Shown piece after piece: positions 8,464-15,275 of a stretch of DNA of 32,000 bases (the stretch's first letter is position 1; each line of letters begins with the position of its first letter). The notes under the pieces were generated by a model. It was not told the DNA's origin, did not search any database, and was given only the letters and a program-made list of their open reading frames with translations. Source of the stretch: Candidatus Electronema halotolerans (GTDB lineage Bacteria > Desulfobacterota > Desulfobulbia > Desulfobulbales > Desulfobulbaceae); assembly GCA_942493095.1 (NCBI GenBank), contig OW818675.1, forward strand, positions 720,001-752,000, read 5' to 3'. The translations under genes and the position numbers were made by a program.

Positions 8464-10014
8464 ATGAATTTTCTTGACCTGTTCAAAGGGACAAAAAAAT
8501 CCGGCAGAGAAGACCGGCTCAAGCAGCTAGAGGCAGCCTCGTTCCGGCAGGATGAGCAGGATGAGGATGCCGTGCTGGACCGCATCAAAATCAAAGAGGA
8601 GCCGCCGCCCGCGCCTGAGCCGGAAGCAGGCATCAGCCCGCCGCCGGAGGAGGAGGAGCCGGCTCTGCCAGAGCCGGGCGGCATTTACGCCATGCAGGAG
8701 CGGAACGGCGGCCTGCACCGCTTGGTCAAGGTGGTTCATGCGGAGGACGGCTTTGTCCATGTCATCCGCTATGCGGGCCGCTTTCTCAAGATTCCTGAGC
8801 TGCTCTCCACTCAGGAACTGAACATGGAAATTGATCCCATTGACAGCTCGTTTGGCGCGGATCATCTGCCCATTCCGCTTGACTCCTTCAGGGCCAACAG
8901 CACTTGGCTGCAAGACAGCCCGCTGGAGGAGAGCGATTTCTCAGGCTGGCGGCTCTATGTGGATTCGGTCTATGACTGCCTGAGCGAGAACGCGCCGGAC
9001 TGGCTGCGCAAGGCAGGTTCCTACGCGGCTTGGCGCGACGACCGCAATGCCATGGCTGTGCTGGCTGACCGGTATCTGCTTGGTGCAGACCTGCCCAGAG
9101 ACAGCAAAAAGGCCCTTTACTGGCTGAACCGGATTGTCCAGCAGGGCATTGGCATTATCCAGCCAGGCGAACCAGTGCGGGAGGAATACCAAATTCTCAC
9201 TGGCGGCATCTACCTGTGGACAGAAAAGGACGGCAGTCATGCGGTCGGCAGAGTTGCGCTCAAGGACCGGCACGGGATCCAGTTCCTGATCTGCCCAAAC
9301 CGCTTTGAGCGGCTGCCGAAAAAACTCAATCTGGTCAAGCTGCTGGAGGAGACTGGCCGGAACGTTGCCCATGCGTCCCTGACAGCGGACAGTTTCATCA
9401 GCTGCGACATGACCTTCATGGGCTTGCTGCCTGTCACGCTGACAGAACTGCATTGCTACCGGATTCATCTGCAGGCCATGTGCGGTGAGACCGAATTCCA
9501 GCCCAGCACCTTTGAACTGCTGCTCAGGCGGGCTGAGGCAGGCGAAGTCGAGGCCCAGCATGAAGCGGCGCAGGTCTATCTTGCCGGTGATCCTGCCTGG
9601 GAGGTGGCGCAGGACATTGCCGAATCAGTCCGCTGGCTGACTGAGGCGGCCAATCTTGGCCACGGCCCCTCCGCCTTTGCCCTAGCCCGCATCTGCCGGA
9701 ATGGAGCTGGAAACACTGTGGTGCCGGACTCGCAGCTCAGTTTTGAATGGCTGCTCTATGCGGCCCGCTTGGATCATGGCCCAGCTCAGACAGAGGCGGC
9801 GGCCTGCTGCCTGCAAGGCCTTGGCTGCCCTCAGAATCCGGCCTTGGCTCATGCCTGGTATTCGCTCGCTGCCAGCCGGAACAATGGCCTGACTGCGGAG
9901 CAGAAACAGCAGGCCAAAGCCAAACGGCAGGAGCTTGATGCGGACATGACTGCGGCCCAGCGGGCCAAGGCGCGGGAATATCTCCGCCAGATGCAGGAAT
10001 CGCTGCAGGCATGA
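8464..10014 (+). CDS. Sel1/TPR-like repeat protein with a duplicated N-terminal module of unknown function
   Basis: C-terminal Sel1-like repeats (e.g. AQVYLAGD...SVRWLTEAANLGHGPSAFALARICRNG and ...LDHGPAQTEAAACCLQGLG.PQNPALAHAWYSLAA). The ORF-track start at 8413 is TTG, so the first ATG at 8464 (MNFLDLFKG) is preferred. No signal peptide is seen. Confidence 0.7.
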   Translation: MNFLDLFKGTKKSGREDRLKQLEAASFRQDEQDEDAVLDRIKIKEEPPPAPEPEAGISPPPEEEEPALPEPGGIYAMQERNGGLHRLVKVVHAEDGFVHVIRYAGRFLKIPELLSTQELNMEIDPIDSSFGADHLPIPLDSFRANSTWLQDSPLEESDFSGWRLYVDSVYDCLSENAPDWLRKAGSYAAWRDDRNAMAVLADRYLLGADLPRDSKKALYWLNRIVQQGIGIIQPGEPVREEYQILTGGIYLWTEKDGSHAVGRVALKDRHGIQFLICPNRFERLPKKLNLVKLLEETGRNVAHASLTADSFISCDMTFMGLLPVTLTELHCYRIHLQAMCGETEFQPSTFELLLRRAEAGEVEAQHEAAQVYLAGDPAWEVAQDIAESVRWLTEAANLGHGPSAFALARICRNGAGNTVVPDSQLSFEWLLYAARLDHGPAQTEAAACCLQGLGCPQNPALAHAWYSLAASRNNGLTAEQKQQAKAKRQELDADMTAAQRAKAREYLRQMQESLQA

Positions 10015-10181
10015 ACAGTGCCTTGAGTCTGGCAAAGGGCGGCGGTCAGCAAGGCTGGACACTCTGCTCTTGCAGAACCGCGCCTGTTTTTGTACACTTT
10101 TTTGAACTTTTTTTATCCGCTGCGCCCGGCCCTGAGCAGAGCGCGGATTTCTGTAATTTGAAACTCAGAGGAGAGAGTCTT

Positions 10182-11915
10182 ATGATCTGGCAGCAGAAGG
10201 CGGGGCAGCCTGTGTCAAGAGGAGTGACCGGGCTGACCCTGCTTCTTTTCATCCTGCTGGCCGCGATGAGCGCAGCAGCGGCGGCGCAGCCTGTTCTGCC
10301 GGATTTTGGCAGGTATTACGCCTTGGTGATCGGCAACCAGAGCTACCGGCAGCTTGACGAGCTGAAAACAGCGCGGGCTGATGCCAAGGAGACGGCCAGA
10401 CTACTGGAGGAGCAGTATGGCTTTGAAGTGGAACTGCTTTTGGATGCGGACCGGGACCGGATGCTCTGGACCCTGTCCCAGCTCCCCAAAAGAATTTCCC
10501 GGCAGGAGCGGGACAGCCTGCTGATCTATTATGTCGGCCACAGCCGTCTGAACCGGAAAAACGGGGCAGGCTGGTGGCTGCCTGTTGATGCGGACCAGGA
10601 CACGGACACGGACTGGATTCCCACAGCCCTGATCAGCAATCTGCTTGACACAGTCCGGGCCAGACATATCCTGGTCGTGACAGATTCCTGCTATTCCGGC
10701 AATCTGCAAATGCCGGACGACGGGCTGCGCAGGCAGGAAAGCAAGGAGCAGCGGCTGCGGCGGCTTGTGGAAACGCCTTCCCTCACTGTGCTGCAATCCG
10801 GCGGCGAGCAGCCTGTTTATGAGACCGGAGACAGAAACTCCCTTTTTGCCCGCAATTTTCTCCACACCCTGAGCGTCAACCGGCATCTTCTTTCCGGGCG
10901 GGTGCTTTTTGAGCGGATGGTGCAGCCCTATTTCCGCGCCGCTGAACAGCTGCTTGAATATGGGTATCTGACTGGAAGCGAACGCGAGCAAGGGGATTTC
11001 ATCTTTGCGCCCAAAGAGCTGCAAAAAATGAGTCGGCAGCCGTCTGCGCCGCCGCATAAGATAGCTGCCCAGCCACTCAAAAAGGAGCCGAACCTGCCGC
11101 CGCGCAAGAGAGTTGTCCAGTCAGCCCCTGAAGCGCCTGTGGAACAGCTACGGCCGCAAAAACAGGCTCCTGCTCCGCAGGTGCCAGCAGCTCCGCCGCT
11201 GCCGCCGCCGAAAAAAGGGGACATCATGATCAATGAGCTGTCAGGCATGGAGCTGATTTACCTGCCCAGCGGCTGCTTTAAGATGGGGTCATCCATTAAC
11301 GAGAAGGGCCGTTTCGCTTGGGAAGGGCCGGTGCATGAAGTCTGCGTTGACGGCTTTTGGATCGGCAAATACGAGGTCACGCAGGAGCAGTGGCAGAAGA
11401 TCATGGGCGGCAATCCGTCCGGCTTTCAAAAAGGCGGCTCCTATCCAGTGGAGAATGTCTCGTGGAATGACGCGCAAAAATTTCTCAACCGAATGAACAA
11501 ACGCTCCAGCAGGGTCTATCGGCTGCCCACAGAGGCGGAATGGGAATACGCCTGCCGGGCTGACAGCAGCGGTAAATACTGCGGCGGCGACACCCCCGAC
11601 TTTCTCGCCTGGCATGAGGAGAACAGCGGCGGGATCACCCATCCGGCTGGCAAACTGCAAGCCAATGCCTTTGGCCTGTATGACATGAGCGGCAATGTCT
11701 GGGAATGGTGCTCAGACCGCTTTGACAAGAACTACTACGGGCTTGCCGGAACCCGGCTCAATCCGCAGGGGCCTGCCTCAGGCAGTGAAAACCGCGTGGT
11801 CCGGGGAGGATCAGCAGGCAGCCGGGTGCTTAACTGCCGGGCCGCCTTCCGTTTCAGAAACAAACCTGATTATCGGGAAAACCTGATGGGATTCAGAGTG
11901 GTGATGCAGGAATGA
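10182..11915 (+). CDS. Exported caspase-like (peptidase C14) protease fused to an FGE/SUMF1-type (formylglycine-generating-enzyme-like) domain
   Basis: GAGGAGAGAG SD upstream of the ATG at 10182. Signal/TM LTLLLFILLAAMSAAAAAQP. Caspase dyad context YYVGHS and ILVVTDSCYSG. Pro-rich linker (APAPQVPAAPPLPPP). C-terminal FGE-sulfatase motifs: GKYEVTQEQW, PVENVSWNDAQKF, YRLPTEAEWEYACR, GLYDMSGNVWEWC, RVVRGGS. The ORF-track start at 10011 overlaps the upstream gene and is not preferred. Confidence 0.8.
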   Translation: MIWQQKAGQPVSRGVTGLTLLLFILLAAMSAAAAAQPVLPDFGRYYALVIGNQSYRQLDELKTARADAKETARLLEEQYGFEVELLLDADRDRMLWTLSQLPKRISRQERDSLLIYYVGHSRLNRKNGAGWWLPVDADQDTDTDWIPTALISNLLDTVRARHILVVTDSCYSGNLQMPDDGLRRQESKEQRLRRLVETPSLTVLQSGGEQPVYETGDRNSLFARNFLHTLSVNRHLLSGRVLFERMVQPYFRAAEQLLEYGYLTGSEREQGDFIFAPKELQKMSRQPSAPPHKIAAQPLKKEPNLPPRKRVVQSAPEAPVEQLRPQKQAPAPQVPAAPPLPPPKKGDIMINELSGMELIYLPSGCFKMGSSINEKGRFAWEGPVHEVCVDGFWIGKYEVTQEQWQKIMGGNPSGFQKGGSYPVENVSWNDAQKFLNRMNKRSSRVYRLPTEAEWEYACRADSSGKYCGGDTPDFLAWHEENSGGITHPAGKLQANAFGLYDMSGNVWEWCSDRFDKNYYGLAGTRLNPQGPASGSENRVVRGGSAGSRVLNCRAAFRFRNKPDYRENLMGFRVVMQE

Positions 11916-11925
11916 CAGGCATCTT

Positions 11926-11962
11926 CCGCCTTCCTCAGCCGACAACAGACTGAGGAAGGCGG
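11926..11962. terminator. Perfect 13-bp stem hairpin between convergent genes (putative bidirectional terminator)
   Basis: CCGCCTTCCTCAG (11926-11938), 11-nt loop, CTGAGGAAGGCGG (11950-11962). No strong U-tract on either side. Confidence 0.5.
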
Positions 11963-11978
11963 TTGGTGGCGTGATAAA

Positions 11979-12377
11979 TCAGTGTTCCGCCTCTTCTGCG
12001 GCAGGCTCGTCAGCCTGCTCCGGCGCAGGAGGAGCATCTTGAACTTGGGCATTTTCCATTGCCGCCTGTTCCGCCGCATCAACCAGCTCGTCATCGCTCT
12101 GGTTGTCAGCAGGCAGCATATCCTCCTGTTCGGCACCTTCTTCCGGCAGCTCAACCTGCTCACCGGGAGCTGGCGCGCCTTCCTCTGCCGCCTCGAGAGG
12201 CGGCTGCTCAGAAGCTGATTCAGCTTCTGTTCCGACCGCTTCCTTGCTCACTTCCACATGGTTCATTTCCACAGCTTCTTTTTTCACTGGTTTTTCTTCT
12301 GTTTTCGGCTTGTCACAGGCGAAAAGAAAAAGCAGCGGCAGGCAGCTGGCTAAAAGCACTGTTTTTTTGACTTGCAT
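11979..12377 (-). CDS. Small highly acidic lipoprotein (low complexity, E/A/P-rich)
   Basis: Lipobox LLFLFAC after MQVKKTVLLASCLP. The mature part is rich in E, D, A and P. SD AAGGGGGA lies upstream of the ATG at 12377. Confidence 0.65.
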   Translation of the reverse strand: MQVKKTVLLASCLPLLFLFACDKPKTEEKPVKKEAVEMNHVEVSKEAVGTEAESASEQPPLEAAEEGAPAPGEQVELPEEGAEQEDMLPADNQSDDELVDAAEQAAMENAQVQDAPPAPEQADEPAAEEAEH

Positions 12378-12425
12378 GTTGCATCATCCCCCTTCAGGAG
12401 TTGAGAATAAGATAGTTTATCTCTT

Positions 12426-12453
12426 ATGATACTGAACAGCCAGAGGCTGTCAA
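12426..12453 (-). promoter_or_regulatory. Putative promoter of the acidic lipoprotein gene
   Basis: On the minus strand: TTGACA (12453-12448), 16-bp spacer, TATCAT (12431-12426). Confidence 0.4.
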
Positions 12454-12609
12454 TCGATTTTTTCTATAGATTGCGTGAAAAGCTGCGCTGGAGGGCATCG
12501 AACAGAAGCAAGGTGAATCACAACTGTGTCAGACATAACAAAGGGAGAGCATCAAATGAGGCCCTCCCCCAGTTTTTTTCAGTCAAACTGTCTGTGCAGC
12601 CAGTGCCAG

Positions 12610-13476
12610 TTATTCCATCATGACTGGCGCGCCGTCTTCAACAGCCGGGCCTTCACCACCAACAGTTGTTGCCTCATCCATCGTTGCTGCTGCGCCTTCG
12701 CCGGAGACAGCACCACCGTCGTACACGCCGCCTGAGACAGTGCCTTCGTCATAAACTTCACCGGTGGAGACAGTGCCACCGTCGTACACGCCGCCTGAGA
12801 CAGTGCCTTCGTCATAAACTTCACCGGTGGAGACAGTGCCGCCGCCGTACACGCCGCCTGAGACAGTGCCTTCGTCATAAACTTCACCGGTGGAGATGGT
12901 GCCTCCGCCGTACACATCGCCTGAGACAGTGCCCTCGTCATAAACTTCACCAGTGGAGACAGCACCGCCGTCGTACATGCCGCCTGAGACAGTGCCTTCG
13001 TCATAAACTTCACCGGTGGAGATGGTGCCTTCGTCGTACACGCCGCCTGAAACAGCACCTCCGCCGTACACATCGCCTGAGACAGTGCCCTCGTCATAAA
13101 CTTCACCAGTGGAGACAGCACCGCCGTCGTACATGCCGCCTGAGACAGTGCCCTCGTCATAAACTTCACCAGTGGAGACAGCACCGCCGTCGTACATGCC
13201 GCCTGAGACAGTGCCTTCGTCATAAACTTCACCGGTGGAGATGGTGCCTCCGTCGTACATACCGCCGGAGACAGCACCTTCATCAACAATCACATTTCCA
13301 CCGTTTTGATATCCCGCATCCATCTGAGCTGAAGGGGGTGGGGGGGCAGCTCCATCAGTCTGAGCTTGTGTCTGCTGCGGCCCATCAGGCGGTGGCGGAG
13401 CGCATACACAGGCAGCGGAGAAAAAAAGCAGGTATAAGCCGCACGCGATGTAACCAGCTGATTTCATGATATTCAT
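12610..13476 (-). CDS. Tandem-repeat lipoprotein (Gly/Tyr/Asp/Val-rich 21-aa repeats)
   Basis: N-terminus MNIMKSAGYIACGLYLLFFSAAC has a lipobox-like SAAC, followed by a Pro-rich linker. Then 8 copies of the core ..STGEVYDEGTVSGG(M/V)YDGG(A/T)(V/I).. GGGGGG SD upstream. Two other frames across the repeats are also open, which is a repeat artefact. Confidence 0.7.
   Translation of the reverse strand: MNIMKSAGYIACGLYLLFFSAACVCAPPPPDGPQQTQAQTDGAAPPPPSAQMDAGYQNGGNVIVDEGAVSGGMYDGGTISTGEVYDEGTVSGGMYDGGAVSTGEVYDEGTVSGGMYDGGAVSTGEVYDEGTVSGDVYGGGAVSGGVYDEGTISTGEVYDEGTVSGGMYDGGAVSTGEVYDEGTVSGDVYGGGTISTGEVYDEGTVSGGVYGGGTVSTGEVYDEGTVSGGVYDGGTVSTGEVYDEGTVSGGVYDGGAVSGEGAAATMDEATTVGGEGPAVEDGAPVMME
12700..13285. 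repeat. Tandem 63-bp repeat array (8 full units plus partial units and one extra 30-bp half-unit)
   Basis: The marker GTCATAAACTTCACC recurs at 12748, 12811, 12874, 12937, 13000, 13093, 13156 and 13219. The period is exactly 63 bp, with one 93-bp step. Units are near-identical at the DNA level. Confidence 0.9.
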
Positions 13477-13535
13477 TTTTTGTTCGTCCCCCCTTTGAAA
13501 GGATATGAAGTAAACACACTGCGAAAGATAAGCAT

Positions 13536-13565
13536 ATCTTATCTTCGGCGGTTTAGCTCTGTCAA
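13536..13565 (-). promoter_or_regulatory. Putative promoter of the repeat-lipoprotein gene, with an overlapping 7-bp-arm inverted repeat
   Basis: Minus strand: TTGACA (13565-13560), 18-bp spacer, TAAGAT (13541-13536). The inverted repeat AGATAAG-N5-CTTATCT (13526-13544) overlaps the -10 and could be an operator. Confidence 0.4.
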
Positions 13566-13604
13566 ATATTTTTTACCTGTTTTTGCATCTTTTACAGCGC
13601 AAAA

Positions 13605-14183
13605 TTAGGCCAGCAGCTGCGTGATTTGTTCAGCAGCATCCAGTAAATTCTTGGCAATCAGCGCAGGCCTCACTGTTTTTTCCGGGCTGATGTATTCCAG
13701 CTCGCCTCTGCCATAGCCGGTCAGCACCAGCACCGGGGCTGCGCCGACGCGAAAGCCACATTCCAAATCTGACCAGCGGTCGCCGACCATGAAGGAGCAG
13801 GACAGGTCAAGATGCAAGTCAACGGCAGCCTGCTCCAGCAGCCCGGTCTGCGGCTTGCGGCAGCGGCAGGCTTGGCGGTATTGGGCGACCTTGGCTTCTG
13901 GGTGATGCGGACAAACATAGATGCCGTCCAAATATGCCCCTTGCGCTGCCAGCCGCCGCCGCATTTCCGCATGAACCTCCTCCAGCAGGGCCGCAGGAAA
14001 ATAGCCCCGCGCCAAGCCGGACTGATTGGTCACCACCACTGCCGGAATGCCGCACTGATTGAAGATGCGGATCGCCTCCGGCACACCGGGCAGCAGGACA
14101 AAGCGGCTGATGTGGTTGACATAGCCCATCTGCTCGTTGATGGTGCCGTCACGGTCGAGAAAAACTGCGGGCTTTTTCTTCAC
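13605..14183 (-). CDS. gmhB: D-glycero-beta-D-manno-heptose-1,7-bisphosphate 7-phosphatase (HAD-IIIA)
   Basis: FLDRDGTIN (HAD motif I), VVVTNQSG, the Zn-binding pattern CPHHPE...C.CRKP, and MVGDRWSDLE. The start at 14183 is GTG (VKKKPAVFLDRDG). Confidence 0.85.
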   Translation of the reverse strand: MKKKPAVFLDRDGTINEQMGYVNHISRFVLLPGVPEAIRIFNQCGIPAVVVTNQSGLARGYFPAALLEEVHAEMRRRLAAQGAYLDGIYVCPHHPEAKVAQYRQACRCRKPQTGLLEQAAVDLHLDLSCSFMVGDRWSDLECGFRVGAAPVLVLTGYGRGELEYISPEKTVRPALIAKNLLDAAEQITQLLA

Positions 14184-14326
14184 TTTTGTCCAAGCATGTT
14201 TTGCTGCGGGCGGCCTTTCCGCTTTCTGTGCAGCTTACCTTGCAGACCGTCCATGTTCAACAGGAAAGATGCGGCAGCGGAAAGATTTCCGACACAGCTG
14301 TCAGGCAGACATGCAGCCGCGCAGAA

Positions 14327-14418
14327 CAGTTGCCAAATCCGGCTGAGAACGGTAATATCTCCGACACGACAACCTGCTGATTCATCCTGCGGAGAAGCAA
14401 AATGGGACTTACCGCAGC
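14327..14418 (+). repeat. Copy A of the duplicated leuC promoter / 5'UTR / first codons
   Basis: 14327-14376 is identical over 50 bp to 15185-15234. The next ~42 bp, including ATGGGACTTACC, is ~80% identical to the true leuC start region. Confidence 0.9.
14330..14358 (+). promoter_or_regulatory. Duplicated (orphan) copy of the leuC promoter, reading into the AT-rich insert
   Basis: TTGCCA (14330-14335), 17-bp spacer, TAATAT (14353-14358). It is followed by GGAG and an ATG at 14402 that opens a 29-codon remnant ORF (14402-14491). Confidence 0.45.
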
Positions 14419-14465
14419 CGCTTGCCGAACTAAGCGGAGCAAACAGCGGCGAGGAGGAGCATACA

Positions 14466-14534
14466 TAAGTCCGGCGGACTTACACATATAAGTCTTTGGG
14501 ACCTACGTAGGTAAGTCCGGTGGACTTGTATGCG
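14466..14534. repeat. Three tandem 23-bp units, each with internal dyad symmetry
   Basis: TAAGTCCGGCGGACTTA at 14466, TAAGTCTTTGGGACCTA at 14489 and TAAGTCCGGTGGACTT at 14512. Starts are spaced exactly 23 bp apart. The perfect palindrome CCTACGTAGG sits between units 2 and 3. Confidence 0.75.
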
Positions 14535-14713
14535 TTGGAGGAACTCTCAAACACTCGTTCGAGATAATCTCAAACGTAGGTTCGAGTTTTGCGGGAAGGG
14601 TGGTTAAGGGGAAAACAAATACGTGCTTGGATAGGAAAAAGAGAACAGGGAGAATACTATTTGATCTCAATAATACAGGATTGAATTTGTTAAATGAACT
14701 CAAACTTATAATG

Positions 14714-15091
14714 CTATGTACGATCAACTAATGGTACAACAAGGCAAAACGAGTCAGGCTCCTCGGTTGGGTGTCCGGTGAAGCTTAAATGGTAATTAAT
14801 TGTTAATTTTGCAGCTTTATATTTCTGTACTTGTAGCTCTGTGACTGCTGATGCCGAAAAATCATGAATCATGTATTCAAATTCATACCAGCAGTCATCA
14901 GTATAGGATATGTTATCAAGCTCTATAATTTTTCCATCAGGAAACTCTAAGTGTCCAGAAATAGATCGTAGATACGCACTCAGACTGAAGCTAACATTGG
15001 TCGGAACCATCAGGTAACTCCGTAATCTGAGAGATAACTTACTATCTTTCTTGCGGTAGATTTTTATCGAACTATCTGCGAGACGAAGCAT
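14714..15091 (-). CDS. Orphan hypothetical protein (125 aa) in the AT-rich insert
   Basis: ATG start and TAG stop. It is the only long ORF in the low-GC segment and has a near-consensus promoter upstream. I recognise no domain. The SD is weak (AGG ~9 nt upstream). Confidence 0.5.
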   Translation of the reverse strand: MLRLADSSIKIYRKKDSKLSLRLRSYLMVPTNVSFSLSAYLRSISGHLEFPDGKIIELDNISYTDDCWYEFEYMIHDFSASAVTELQVQKYKAAKLTINYHLSFTGHPTEEPDSFCLVVPLVDRT

Positions 15092-15125
15092 GTTTATAAC
15101 CTAACAAATTATTTTTATTCGTTCA

Positions 15126-15154
15126 ATATTACGACGCGCATCTCCCCTTGTCAA
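15126..15154 (-). promoter_or_regulatory. Near-consensus sigma70-type promoter for the 125-aa orphan ORF
   Basis: Minus strand: TTGACA (15154-15149), 17-bp spacer, TAATAT (15131-15126), ~35 bp upstream of the ATG at 15091. Confidence 0.5.
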
Positions 15155-15184
15155 CAGAAGAATGCAGCTATCTTCTATCCAGTT

Positions 15185-15275
15185 CAGTTGCCAAATCCGG
15201 CTGAGAACGGTAATATCTCCGACACGACAACCTGTCAACTCATCCCAAGGAGAAGAAAATGGGACTTACCATAGC
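15185..15275 (+). repeat. Copy B of the duplicated segment (functional leuC promoter/5' end)
   Basis: See copy A. The two copies are offset by 858 bp. Confidence 0.9.
15188..15216 (+). promoter_or_regulatory. Putative leuCD promoter
   Basis: TTGCCA (15188-15193), 17-bp spacer, TAATAT (15211-15216). SD AAGGAGAAG at 15247-15255 and ATG at 15259. Confidence 0.55.

Noticed and set aside
12700-13285. Considered whether the regular repeat array could be a CRISPR array.
   Set aside because: The units are contiguous, with no unique spacers. They are 63 bp long, lie inside a coherent ORF, and no cas genes are nearby.
12618-13469. Alternative-frame ORFs across the 63-bp repeat array: 12618-13289 (-) and 12666-13469 (+, RR/HR-rich).
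   Set aside because: Stop-free frames are expected when one stop-free unit is repeated. Only the 12610-13476 frame has a signal peptide/lipobox, an SD and a promoter.
14503-14727. A 74-aa ORF downstream of, and overlapping, the 125-aa orphan gene, as a possible second gene of the insert.
   Set aside because: The only start is TTG, there is no SD, and the ORF runs through the 23-bp dyad repeats. Support is insufficient.
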